This document shows, in pieces, positions 1-10,983 of a stretch of DNA of 18,092 nucleotides; within the stretch, counting starts at the first letter, position 1; the number at the start of each line of letters is the position of its first letter. The notes beneath the pieces are model-generated. The model was not told the origin of the DNA and made no database searches. It was given only the letters and a program-made list of their open reading frames with translations. This stretch comes from Myxococcota bacterium (lineage in GTDB: Bacteria > Myxococcota_A > Polyangia > Polyangiales > Sandaracinaceae): NCBI GenBank assembly GCA_036149055.1, contig JAYZQJ010000138.1:1-18092 (forward strand), given 5' to 3'. Position numbers and translations under genes: made by a program.

Positions 1-32
1 GGAGCGGAGACAGGTCTGCCGGCGCAGCGGGG

Positions 33-55
33 GGGAGGGGCTGAAAGCCCCTCCC
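33..55. terminator. GC-rich hairpin downstream of the LysM gene (possible terminator or REP-like element)
   Basis: GGGAGGGGCT (33-42), loop GAA, AGCCCCTCCC (46-55) form a perfect 10-bp stem 8 nt past the minus-strand stop at 64. No U-tract follows on the minus strand. Confidence 0.4.
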
Positions 56-63
56 AACAAGAT

Positions 64-1176
64 TCAGTACCCCGAGCGCATCTCCGCCCGGTCCCCGACG
101 TTCACCTCGCGGGTCGAGCGGGTGAGCATGACGGTGCACGAGCTCGGCCGGGTGTGCACCACGATCGCCTCGGCCACGATCTCGGCCGGGTACGCCTCCG
201 GCTCGTCGGGCGCGGGCACGCTCGGACCCACGGTGTCGGGCGACGCGTTCAGGCTGTCGCGCCAGCGGTCGCCGGCCGAGATGATGAAGAACCGGTTACC
301 GACCGCGACGCCGTCCTCGCGCCCCACCGGCAGGAACACGATCTGCTGCTCGCCGAGCAGCTCCCGGGGGTGCAACGTCGCGACGACGCGCGTCTCGACG
401 TCCCGATCCGCCGGACGCGGGGGCACCATGTCGAAGCGCCGCGGCATGGCGGCGACCCGCATGCCGCGCTCGATCGGATCGAGCGCCTCGATGATCGTGC
501 CGCGCGCGGTGCGACGGTCGCGGTCGTAGCTCTCGACACGGACGGTGCCGAAGATGCGGACCAGCTCCCCCTCCTCGTCCTCGAAGCGCTCGTCGTCCTC
601 GATCTCACGGAAGATGGTCCACTCGCCGCTGGGCGTGCCGTCGTAGTCGTCCTCGAACTCGACGTAGATCGCGTCGTAGGGCGCGAGCAGCATGTGGTCC
701 TCGGGCGAGCCGACGACGGTCCCCGAGCCCTCGAGCGCCTCGCGATCGAGGTAGCCCTCCTGGCGGAGGAACACGGTGCCGCTGCGCATCGTGCGCGCCG
801 GCGACAGGACCGCCGCCCCCGTCGTCTGCACCGGCGCGTCGGCGCCCGGCGGGAGGAGCCGCAGCGTGTCGAGCGGGTAGATCCAGTGCGGGTTCGTGAT
901 CTCGGGGTTGTACGACCACACCCGCGGCCACTCCCACGGGTTGCCGTAGAAGCGCCCGGTGACGTCCCAGAGCGTGTCGCCGCGACGGACGGTGTAGGTC
1001 CTCGGGATCAGTCGGCTGCGCACGTTCCCGCTGATCCGGATCCCGTTGCCGCTGCGCTGCGCCTCGTCGAGGCTCTGCGGGGTGTCTTCGTAGACGCCCG
1101 TCTGCGCCTCGGCGGCCGCCGGCGCGCCTCCGAGCGCGAGGGCGATCAGAAGGGTGCGAACGACGCGCTGGCTCAT
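64..1176 (-). CDS. Secreted LysM peptidoglycan-binding protein, TsaP-like (type IV pilus secretin-associated protein family), 370 aa
   Basis: Real start is the ATG at 1176 (MSQRVVRTLLIALALGGAPAAAEA, a signal peptide), which overlaps the upstream stop (ATGA). LysM domain YTVRRGDTLWDV...NPWEWPRVWSYNPEITNPHWIYP has the PWxWPxxW pattern typical of TsaP-type proteins, followed by a beta-rich C-terminal region. The first ~333 aa of the 703-aa track ORF are a shadow of the upstream gene. Confidence 0.85.
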   Translation of the reverse strand: MSQRVVRTLLIALALGGAPAAAEAQTGVYEDTPQSLDEAQRSGNGIRISGNVRSRLIPRTYTVRRGDTLWDVTGRFYGNPWEWPRVWSYNPEITNPHWIYPLDTLRLLPPGADAPVQTTGAAVLSPARTMRSGTVFLRQEGYLDREALEGSGTVVGSPEDHMLLAPYDAIYVEFEDDYDGTPSGEWTIFREIEDDERFEDEEGELVRIFGTVRVESYDRDRRTARGTIIEALDPIERGMRVAAMPRRFDMVPPRPADRDVETRVVATLHPRELLGEQQIVFLPVGREDGVAVGNRFFIISAGDRWRDSLNASPDTVGPSVPAPDEPEAYPAEIVAEAIVVHTRPSSCTVMLTRSTREVNVGDRAEMRSGY

Positions 1177-2150
1177 GCGTCCTCCCGCGACGCCATGCGC
1201 GCCGCCATGCTCTCGGGGTACTGCGCCCGCAGGCGCTCGAAGACCCGGCGCGCGCGATCGCGCTGCCCGAGCCGCTCGTAACAGAGGCCGATGCGAAGGA
1301 GCGCGTCGGGCACCTTGTTGCCGCGCGGGTAGCGCTCGATGAGCGCGCTGAACGCACGGAGCGCCCGGCGGTGATCCCGGCGCATGTAGTGAATCTCCGC
1401 GCGCCAGTACATCGCGTTGTCGGCGTAGGGGTGGCGCGGGTGCTCGCGGAGGAACGCCTCGAAGCCCGCGAGGGCTTCGTTCGTCTGCCGCGCGGTGAGG
1501 TGCGCCAGCGCCGCGCGGTAGGCGGCGACCCCCGGATCGTTCAGCTCGGGCCGGGCCCCGCGCGGGCTCGTCACCACCGCCGCCTGCGGAGAGAGCTGCG
1601 GGGACGGCTGCGCGGTGGGAAGCGGCGGCGCCTCGGCCACCGCCACCGGCTGGGCGGGGATCGCCGGCACCACGTCGTCGACTGGCAGGCGCGCCGCGGC
1701 GGACGGCGGCGGCCCCACGAGCGAGGGCGCCTCCGGCCCGGGGAGCACGTCGACTCCGTCGGACGTGCCAGCCGGCCGCGCCGTGCCGTAGAGGCGGAGG
1801 ACCGGCCGGCGCGCCTCGGCGACCGGCTCCGGCTCGTCCCACCCCTCGTCGGTCTCGACCTCGGGCTCGGGCGGCGCGCAGCGCTCGGCGATGCGCACGG
1901 ACCGCGTGGCCGCCTCCTCGCGGAGGGCGTCGACCTCGCCGCGGAGGCTGCGCGCGTCGGCCCGGGCCAGCCCCAGCTGCACCTCGAGCTCGCGCAGCCG
2001 CTCCCGCGCCTCGGCCAGGGCCTCCGCGTCGCGCGACGGCGCGTCGTCGGGCTCCGCCGCGACGTCTCGAGCGCTTTGCGGGGCGGGCTGCACCGCGGGG
2101 GCACAGCCGCCGAGGGCGAGGACGAGTGAGACGATCAACCGGCGCTTCAC
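1173..2150 (-). CDS. CpoB/YbgF-like TPR lipoprotein (tol-pal / cell-division coordinator family), 325 aa
   Basis: Lipoprotein signal MKRRLIVSLVLALGGC, an N-terminal coiled coil (EALAEARERLRELEVQL), a Pro/Ala linker, and the C-terminal YbgF-type TPR region (AYRAAL...FEAFLREHPRHPYADNAMYWRAE...YPRGNKVPDALLRIG...YPES). Confidence 0.85.
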   Translation of the reverse strand: MKRRLIVSLVLALGGCAPAVQPAPQSARDVAAEPDDAPSRDAEALAEARERLRELEVQLGLARADARSLRGEVDALREEAATRSVRIAERCAPPEPEVETDEGWDEPEPVAEARRPVLRLYGTARPAGTSDGVDVLPGPEAPSLVGPPPSAAARLPVDDVVPAIPAQPVAVAEAPPLPTAQPSPQLSPQAAVVTSPRGARPELNDPGVAAYRAALAHLTARQTNEALAGFEAFLREHPRHPYADNAMYWRAEIHYMRRDHRRALRAFSALIERYPRGNKVPDALLRIGLCYERLGQRDRARRVFERLRAQYPESMAARMASREDA

Positions 2151-2191
2151 GATGACTCTCCGTGCGCGCGCACACGCGCCGCGCAGAGACG

Positions 2192-2221
2192 ATCGTAGGG
2201 AGCCCCCCTCCGGCCGGTCAA
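2192..2221 (-). promoter_or_regulatory. Putative sigma70-type promoter for the cpoB-like/LysM operon
   Basis: On the minus strand, TTGACC (2221-2216), an 18-nt spacer and TACGAT (2197-2192) lie about 40 nt upstream of the GTG at 2150, preceded by a T-tract. Confidence 0.55.
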
Positions 2222-2234
2222 AAAAGGGGCCGGA

Positions 2235-3038
2235 TCACTCGCGCTGCCACTCGGCGCCGAGCGTCTGGCGGGCCGGCGTCTTCACCGCGTCGCGCACCGC
2301 GGTGCCGAGAGGCTGGATGGCGAGGAACCACGCCAGGCAGAGCCCGCCACCGATCGTGCTGACCAGGCCGAAGTGCGGCGGCACGAGGGTGAGCGCGGTG
2401 ACCGCCGCGAGCGAGAGGGCCGCGCCGACGATGAAGAGCGAGACGACCCGGGCGCGGCCCGCGCACCACGCGGTCGGGTCGACCATCGAGACCAGGAGCG
2501 GCCGCCCCTCCCAGGGCGAGAGCGTGTCGCCCTCCCGCCGGCCGTGGACCCACACCGAGTCGCCCTCGCGCACCGGGATCTCGATCTCGCGGGCGTGCCC
2601 CTTGAACTTGCTGGCGTCGGTCCAGGCCTCGTCGAAGGCGTCCTCCGACGGGCAGCCCAGCGCCTCGCCGCTCCGGGCCGGGTCGGGCCAGACCTCGCTG
2701 GCCGCGATCGGCGCCGGCGCGACGGTGATCGGTCCGTCGGCGGTCTCGACGATCCCGCCGCGCACCTCGAACGCCTGCGGGCCGTCGGTGAAGAGGATGC
2801 GGCTCGGGCCCTTGGTCGTCACGGCGCGGCCGGTCTGCGACACGTGGCGCCGCGCGAAGACGCCATCCGCCTCGACCACCCGCCCCGAGATCAGCTCTCC
2901 GCGCTCGCGCGCGGCCACGAACGCGCGCCGCAGCCGACCGAGCGCGCGGAGCTGCTTGTAGGCCGCGGCGATGACGAGCCCGCCGTTGAGCCAGAGGATG
3001 CCCAGGGCGAAGAGCCCCATGATCTCCTTGGTCAGCAC
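2235..3038 (-). CDS. Hypothetical membrane protein (N-terminal TM, soluble beta-rich middle, two C-terminal TMs)
   Basis: Hydrophobic segments IMGLFALGILWLNGGLVIAAAY, VVSLFIVGAALSLAAVTALTLV and FGLVSTIGGGLCLAWFLAI. It starts 6 nt after the desaturase stop and has coding-like composition. Alternative start ATG at 3020. Confidence 0.75.
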   Translation of the reverse strand: MLTKEIMGLFALGILWLNGGLVIAAAYKQLRALGRLRRAFVAARERGELISGRVVEADGVFARRHVSQTGRAVTTKGPSRILFTDGPQAFEVRGGIVETADGPITVAPAPIAASEVWPDPARSGEALGCPSEDAFDEAWTDASKFKGHAREIEIPVREGDSVWVHGRREGDTLSPWEGRPLLVSMVDPTAWCAGRARVVSLFIVGAALSLAAVTALTLVPPHFGLVSTIGGGLCLAWFLAIQPLGTAVRDAVKTPARQTLGAEWQRE

Positions 3039-3044
3039 GCGGTC

Positions 3045-4025
3045 TCAGCTGGCGAGCGCTTCGGCCTCGGCCTCGGCGCGACGCACCTCGCGCGCCTCGA
3101 GCTCGGAGCTCTGGCCGCGCTCGGCCTCGGCGACGTCGCGGTCCTCGGGGCGGGAGAAGCGGAGGAAGAAGTTCTTGAGCAGGTAGAGCACCATGCTCGG
3201 CTCGTTCAGGCTCGGATCCGTCCGCGGGCCGCACTCGCGCGCGTGCACCTCGTCGAGCACCGACCAGTGCAGCCCCGCCCGGTTGTGATGGATCGTGTGG
3301 TAGCCGTTGTTGCACATCACCCAGTTGAAGGCGCGGCCCACGAAGTTGCGCGAGTGGTTCCACTCGGACCGGACGTCGCAGCCGTCGTGCTGGATGAGGT
3401 TGATGCGCAGGATGCCGCGCGCGCCCCAGAGCTGGGGGAGCACCACGAAGAAGAGCGCCGTCCAGAAGTCGAAGACGAGCAGCACGCCGGTGAGCCCGAA
3501 GGCGAAGGCCTGCTCGAGCCCGTACTGACGCCGGAAGTCGCGCTGACGGGTCGTGCGCGCCCAGCGCGAGACGCCGTTGAAGGTGTTCGGCCCGACCACG
3601 TTCGGGAAGTGGATCAGGTTGAGCAAGTGCCAGCGGAAGTCGACGTTGTCGGGCGCCGCCCAGTCGGGCTGCCCGTCGTCGTCGAAGTGGTGATGCACGA
3701 GGTTGTGCGACGCGATGTTCGCCGACGCCGGGTAGAGCGCGCCGAAGCTCAGCACGCCCCGGAACAGCCGGTTGAGCCGCTTGCTCTTGAAGATCCCCTT
3801 GTGGAGGTGATTGTGGATCACCACCGCGTTCAGGAAGCTCAGCCAGCAGGCGAAGAGGAAGAAGAAGACGTTGCGACACGCCGGCACGAAGTACATCGCG
3901 GCCAGCACCGCCCAGTACGTCGCGACGATCCCGATCTGGCGATAGTCGGCGACGTTGTGCAGGAGCCGGTCGCCCCTCCCCCGCCGCGTGGCCCTCCCCC
4001 GGGCCGGCTGCGCCTGGCTCGCCAC
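3045..4025 (-). CDS. Membrane-bound fatty acid desaturase family protein, 326 aa
   Basis: Three His boxes HNHLH, HNLVHHH and NNGYHTIHH, plus multiple TM segments. GTG start with GAGGA upstream. Confidence 0.9.
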   Translation of the reverse strand: MASQAQPARGRATRRGRGDRLLHNVADYRQIGIVATYWAVLAAMYFVPACRNVFFFLFACWLSFLNAVVIHNHLHKGIFKSKRLNRLFRGVLSFGALYPASANIASHNLVHHHFDDDGQPDWAAPDNVDFRWHLLNLIHFPNVVGPNTFNGVSRWARTTRQRDFRRQYGLEQAFAFGLTGVLLVFDFWTALFFVVLPQLWGARGILRINLIQHDGCDVRSEWNHSRNFVGRAFNWVMCNNGYHTIHHNRAGLHWSVLDEVHARECGPRTDPSLNEPSMVLYLLKNFFLRFSRPEDRDVAEAERGQSSELEAREVRRAEAEAEALAS

Positions 4026-4032
4026 GCTGTCC

Positions 4033-4887
4033 TCAGGCCGGGGCGGGGACCTCTTCCTCGGACTCGATTCGCCGCGGCGCGCCGACCCGCATGTGCTCCG
4101 GCGCCTTCATCGGGTTGAAGAGCATCGAGAGCTTGTGGTGCGTGCCGTGGTAGTAGATGCCGAAGAAGATCCGGTTGCCGATCCAGTACCAGCCGTAGTC
4201 GAGGTCGGCCGGCTCGATGGCGTACTCCGGGCGGTGGGCGTTGTGCCCGGCCCAGTTGAAGTGCATCACGAACAGCGCCGCGCCGACGAAGGCGGGCAGG
4301 TACAGCACGAAGAACCCGGCCGGCCCGAGGAGCAGGAACCAGGTCACGAAGAGCAGCAGCCCGCTCGTGAAGCTCAGCCGGCTGCGCCAGATCTCGTAGC
4401 GCCGGGTCTCGGGGCTGTCGCCGAACAGATCGTAGTACTGCTGACGGAGCTGGTGCTCGACGTTGATCAGGCTCTTGAACGTGTAGCGCCAGTAGCCTCG
4501 CTCGGCCGGATGCGGATCCTTCTCCGGGTCGTCGGTGTGGCGGTGGTGACGCCGGTGCACGATCTCCCAGGACGCGAACTTGGTCCCGACGATCGCGCCG
4601 CAGATCTCACCCACCACCCGGTTGATCGCCTTCGGGAAGTTCCCGTGCGAGGCGTTGTGGATGAACACGTGGGCCATGATCACCAGGTACAGCGCGACGG
4701 GGAACACCCCGAGCTGCCACCAGGCGAGCTCCGGGGCGAGCCCCTGCCAACCCGATCCCACCATCGTGAAGATCGCGCCCAGGCAGAGCAACGCCCAGAC
4801 GCTGTCGTACCAGAAGTAGAACGCCGGGTTCCGCTTGAACTGGGCAAACGGTGCGGAAAGCAGAGACGCCTTGATCGCGCTCACCAT
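4033..4887 (-). CDS. Membrane-bound fatty acid desaturase family protein, ~284 aa
   Basis: His boxes HNASH, HRRHHRH(TDDPEKDPH) and YYHGTHH, plus TM segments. SD AAGGAG at 4896-4891. Start is ATG 4887, or the adjacent TTG 4890 / GTG 4884. Confidence 0.9.
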   Translation of the reverse strand: MVSAIKASLLSAPFAQFKRNPAFYFWYDSVWALLCLGAIFTMVGSGWQGLAPELAWWQLGVFPVALYLVIMAHVFIHNASHGNFPKAINRVVGEICGAIVGTKFASWEIVHRRHHRHTDDPEKDPHPAERGYWRYTFKSLINVEHQLRQQYYDLFGDSPETRRYEIWRSRLSFTSGLLLFVTWFLLLGPAGFFVLYLPAFVGAALFVMHFNWAGHNAHRPEYAIEPADLDYGWYWIGNRIFFGIYYHGTHHKLSMLFNPMKAPEHMRVGAPRRIESEEEVPAPA

Positions 4888-4962
4888 CAACTCCTTCGCG
4901 AGGGCGTGACGACCCTGGCTGGGAACAGTCCGAGGATCAAGCTCCCCCCAGGTCGGGACATG

Positions 4963-4978
4963 CCGATAGCACTATCGG
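4963..4978. promoter_or_regulatory. Palindrome CCGATAG-CA-CTATCGG, candidate transcription-factor operator for the desaturase unit
   Basis: Perfect 7-bp arms with a 2-nt centre, too short for an RNA hairpin loop. It lies in a lower-GC intergenic stretch ~75 nt upstream of the first desaturase. Confidence 0.5.
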
Positions 4979-5107
4979 TACCACCGTGGAAGCAGACCGG
5001 AGATATTCCATTTCGGCCCGGTTTTCCAGTGATCTGCAAGGATTGGCTCATCCAGTGTGACAGGCGGTCGCGGAACCCCGGTTCACACGGTGCGCCGATC
5101 CGTCACG

Positions 5108-6037
5108 TCATTGCACGTCGCCGATGCCGAGCAGCTCGATGTCGAAGACGAGCATGCCCTGCGGCCCGCGGGGGCGGCCTTCGTAGGCGAGCGCGGCCGG
5201 GATCCAGAAGCGGCGCTTCTCGCCCACGACCATGAGCTGCACGCCCTCCGTCCAGCCGGCGATGACGCGATCGAGGCGGAAGCTGGCCGGCTCTCCGCGG
5301 CTGCGGGAGCTGTCGAAGAGCTCGCCGTCCTCGGCGCGCCAGCCGCTGTAGTGCACGCGCACGGTGTCGGTCGCGGCGGGGTGGCGATCGCCCTCCCCCT
5401 CCTCGAGCACGATCGAGGCGAGGCCCGAGGCGGTCCGCTCCGCGTTCCTCGGGGGCGCGCTCACGTTGTCCGGGGTCTCGGGGGCGGCGTTGACCGAGAG
5501 GAGCTCGACGTCGAAGACGAGCATGCCCTGCGGGCCCGGGCGCCCCTCGTAGGCGAGCGCGGCCGGGATCCAGAGCCGGCGCTTCTCGCCCTCCACCATC
5601 AGCTGCAGTCCCTCGGTCCAGCCGGGGATCACGCGGTCGAGCGTGAAGCTCGCGGGCCGGCCGCGGCGGACCGAGCTGTCGAAGAGCTCGCCGTTCTCCG
5701 CGCGCCAGCCGCTGTAGTGCACGGTGACGCCGTCGCGCGGCCCGGGGTGGCGATCGCCGGTGCCGGCCTCGAGCACCTTCGAGGCGAGGCCGCTCTCGGT
5801 GCGCTCCGCGTCGGCCGGCGGGGCGGCGACGTCGGGCGGCGCCGGGATGTCGGCGGGGGCCGCCGGGCGCGCGGGCCGGGCGGGCACCTCGCGAACCCCG
5901 GCGTTCTCGGCGGCGGCCGCGTTGCGGGCTTCGGCGGGCTCGGCGGTCGCGCTCGAGGGCAGCCGGGCGGGCGGCTCCTCGCGACCGCAGCCCAGCGCGA
6001 GGGCGGCGAAGAGCGAGAGTCGGGCGAGGGTCTTCAT
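5108..6037 (-). CDS. FKBP-type peptidyl-prolyl cis-trans isomerase lipoprotein with two tandem FKBP domains, 309 aa
   Basis: ATG 6037 gives a lipoprotein signal (MKTLARLSLFAALALGC). Two copies of ERTxSGLAS..VHYSGW..GELFDSS..F.LDRVI.GWTEG.QLMV.GEKRR.WIPAALAYEG..GMLVFD.ELL follow. Confidence 0.92.
   Translation of the reverse strand: MKTLARLSLFAALALGCGREEPPARLPSSATAEPAEARNAAAAENAGVREVPARPARPAAPADIPAPPDVAAPPADAERTESGLASKVLEAGTGDRHPGPRDGVTVHYSGWRAENGELFDSSVRRGRPASFTLDRVIPGWTEGLQLMVEGEKRRLWIPAALAYEGRPGPQGMLVFDVELLSVNAAPETPDNVSAPPRNAERTASGLASIVLEEGEGDRHPAATDTVRVHYSGWRAEDGELFDSSRSRGEPASFRLDRVIAGWTEGVQLMVVGEKRRFWIPAALAYEGRPRGPQGMLVFDIELLGIGDVQ
5130..5840. repeat. Intragenic direct repeat (two ~340-bp copies, offset 366-369 nt) encoding the two FKBP domains
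   Basis: Identical blocks: gtcgaagacgagcatgccctgcgg at 5141-5164 and 5510-5533; cgcgccagccgctgtagtgcacg at 5335-5357 and 5701-5723. Confidence 0.9.
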
Positions 6038-6117
6038 CGGCGCCTGCGTAGCGGACCGCCGATGGACTGTCGAGCCGCCCGAGACCTCTGGCATACTGCC
6101 CGGGTGGGAGGGGCGCG

Positions 6118-6879
6118 GTGAAGGCGGAGGTCCAGCTCGTGCGCGAGGTGCTCGAGGGCGCGCTCGCGCCCGCGGTCGCCACCTCGGTCCTGTTCGAGGC
6201 GCTCGACCGCTGGGACCGCGGCATCCCCGCCAACGCCGGCGAGGTGCTCGAGCTGGTCCGCGGGCCGCTCTCGGACGCCCTACGGAGCAAGCTCGACGAG
6301 GCGGCGGCCGGCGAGCTGACCGCCACTTTGGAGGCCCGGCTCGCCCACGGCGCTGCCCACAGCGCTGTGCTCGAGCCGGAGGTCGACCTGGAGGTCGAGA
6401 TCGACCTCGAGGACGACCTGGTCTCGCCGTTCGTCGACGAAGACCAGGAGCTGACGACCACCACCCAGATGTCGGCGGTGTCCCACCCGGTCTCGGTGCT
6501 GGTGGTGAGCGGAGACCGTCAGTTCGGGGCGCGCTTCACCGCGACCCTGGGCGAGGATCGGGTGCACACCCTCACCGTCGAGGACGAGTCGGCGCTGCGC
6601 CACGCCACCTTCTCGGCCAACCCGCAGATCGTCGTGGTCGACGCGACCGCGCCGCCCCGGATCCCGCCGGCCGAGCTGGCCGCCGCCCTCCGGAACCTGC
6701 CCGACGCCACCCTCCCCGTGCTCTGGGCGCTCGAGACCGAGTACGGGCGCTCGACGCGGGAGCTGGCGCGCGAGAGCCGGACCCTGTTCCTGGAGCGACG
6801 CGAGGGGATCGAGCCGCTCCTCGACCTGATCCTGAGCCGGTTCCGCAAGCGCACGAGCAGCCTGCCTCCGCCGGCGTGA
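6118..6879 (+). CDS. Hypothetical protein: helical N-domain, acidic linker, C-terminal degenerate receiver-like (alpha/beta) domain
   Basis: GTG start after GGGAGGGG, with coding-like composition. The C-terminal pattern VSVLVVSGD...PQIVVVDATAP...PVLW resembles a CheY-like fold. Confidence 0.7.
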   Translation: MKAEVQLVREVLEGALAPAVATSVLFEALDRWDRGIPANAGEVLELVRGPLSDALRSKLDEAAAGELTATLEARLAHGAAHSAVLEPEVDLEVEIDLEDDLVSPFVDEDQELTTTTQMSAVSHPVSVLVVSGDRQFGARFTATLGEDRVHTLTVEDESALRHATFSANPQIVVVDATAPPRIPPAELAAALRNLPDATLPVLWALETEYGRSTRELARESRTLFLERREGIEPLLDLILSRFRKRTSSLPPPA

Positions 6880-6885
6880 GCGCTG

Positions 6886-9651
<2,766 letters not shown>

Positions 9652-9660
<9 letters not shown>

Positions 9661-9677
9661 CCCCCTCGCGTAGCCCC
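9652..9677. repeat. 13-bp tandem duplication CTCGCGTAGCCCC x2 spanning the stop codon
   Basis: Exact copies at 9652-9664 and 9665-9677. Confidence 0.85.
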
Positions 9678-9682
9678 TTTCT

Positions 9683-9746
9683 ACTCGCAGGAAGCGAGGA
9701 AGGGCGGAAGGGAGGAGCTGGCGGCTCCTCGCTTCCCTGGAGTGGG
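9683..9746. repeat. Intergenic purine-rich repeat / stem-loop between convergent genes (copy 1 of a dispersed element)
   Basis: GGAAGCGAGGA (9690-9700) pairs perfectly with TCCTCGCTTCC (9726-9736). Bases 9683-9716 match 14248-14281 at 29/34 positions. Confidence 0.65.
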
Positions 9747-9769
9747 AGCGTCCAAGCCGAGGGCAGCGG

Positions 9770-10963
9770 TCAGGCGGGGGACGCGCCCTGGGCGCGCAGC
9801 TCGCGGATGCGGCGGCGGAGGGGGGCGATGAAGTCCATGGAGACGGTGCGGGAGCTGGTCTTCACGGCGCGGCCGGTGTGCCACTTGCTCAGCGCGAGCC
9901 GGGCGACCGCGCGCACGAACTCGACGCCCTGCTTGCCCTTGCGGAAGTAGGCGGTGAGGCCACCGAAGGCGCTCGCGACCAGATCGAGCTCGGCCTGGGT
10001 GAGGTGGCCGAGGGCGACCTCGTCGAGCAGGTGGTTGCGGATGATCTTGCCGCGGCGCCGCACCAGCACGATCACGATGGCGAGGAACGCGACCACGAAG
10101 AGCAGCCAGAGCGGGAGCATGATGAAGAGGAAGATCAGCCCGCCCACCTCGCTCGGGCCGAGCAGCACCGCGGTGCCGTTCCAGACCGCGTGCAGGAACA
10201 CCGCGGCCGCGTAGCCGAGCACCGGCGCGATCGGGCGCAGCCACACCTTGTCGGTCTCGCGCGCGATCCCCACGCCGATGCCGGTCATCGACGTGTAGAG
10301 GGGGTGGCCCCACGGGGCGAGCACGCCGCGCACGACGAAGGTGCCGATCATGCCGCCCGCGCCCGCCTCGAGGCCGGCGTTGGCGTAGTAGATGACGTTC
10401 TCGACCGCCGCGAAGCCGATCGCGCAGAACGTCGCGTAGATGATCCCATCGACCACGCCGTCGAACTCGCGGCGCAGGAAGTAGAAGTAGCCGAGGACCA
10501 GCAGGCCCTTGGTGCCCTCCTCGATCAGCGGCGCGCTGACCACCGTGCTGATCACCTCGCCGGCCTGGCCGCCGATCGCGACGCCGACGAACGTGTTGAC
10601 GACCGCGCTCGCACCGCAGGCCGCGATGGCGCCCCAGGCCAGAGCCATGATCAGAGCGTACGCCGGCTCGGGATCGTAGCGGTCGAGGAGGCGCGGGACG
10701 GTCAGGTAGACGAGCGCCGCCGGGAACGCGAGGCAGGCGCCGACGAACATGGCCAGCAGGGTGCCGACGCCCTCGGTCGCGACCGGGAAGACGATGAACA
10801 GCAGGAAGAGCAGGAAGAGCCCCGCCAGCATCGCCACGCCGTAGCAGCCGCAGCCGACCCGACGCCGGAGCTTCTCCGGGTCGGGCAGATCGCTCGTCTG
10901 CAACGTGGCCTTCGGCTGCCACGCGGCGTGCCCTCCCGGCGGCGGCCCCTGCGGTGGGTACAT
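9770..10963 (-). CDS. PrsW-family glutamic-type intramembrane protease, 397 aa
   Basis: ATG 10963 (MYPPQGPPP). Motifs DRYDPEP, APLIEEGTK (EExxK), DGIIY, GFAAVEN, GHPLYT and LHAVWN, with many TM helices. Confidence 0.9.
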   Translation of the reverse strand: MYPPQGPPPGGHAAWQPKATLQTSDLPDPEKLRRRVGCGCYGVAMLAGLFLLFLLFIVFPVATEGVGTLLAMFVGACLAFPAALVYLTVPRLLDRYDPEPAYALIMALAWGAIAACGASAVVNTFVGVAIGGQAGEVISTVVSAPLIEEGTKGLLVLGYFYFLRREFDGVVDGIIYATFCAIGFAAVENVIYYANAGLEAGAGGMIGTFVVRGVLAPWGHPLYTSMTGIGVGIARETDKVWLRPIAPVLGYAAAVFLHAVWNGTAVLLGPSEVGGLIFLFIMLPLWLLFVVAFLAIVIVLVRRRGKIIRNHLLDEVALGHLTQAELDLVASAFGGLTAYFRKGKQGVEFVRAVARLALSKWHTGRAVKTSSRTVSMDFIAPLRRRIRELRAQGASPA

Positions 10964-10983
10964 CGGGGCCGACCCTACCCGGC

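Noticed and set aside
1177..2175. N-terminal extension of the 703-aa LysM ORF
   Set aside because: It is an off-frame overlap with the CpoB-like gene. The signal peptide and ATGA coupling place the start at 1176.
3045..4887. Polyyne/alkyne biosynthetic gene cluster
   Set aside because: No ACP, fatty acyl-AMP ligase, thioesterase or rubredoxin is adjacent. It is kept only as a generic lipid-tailoring hypothesis.
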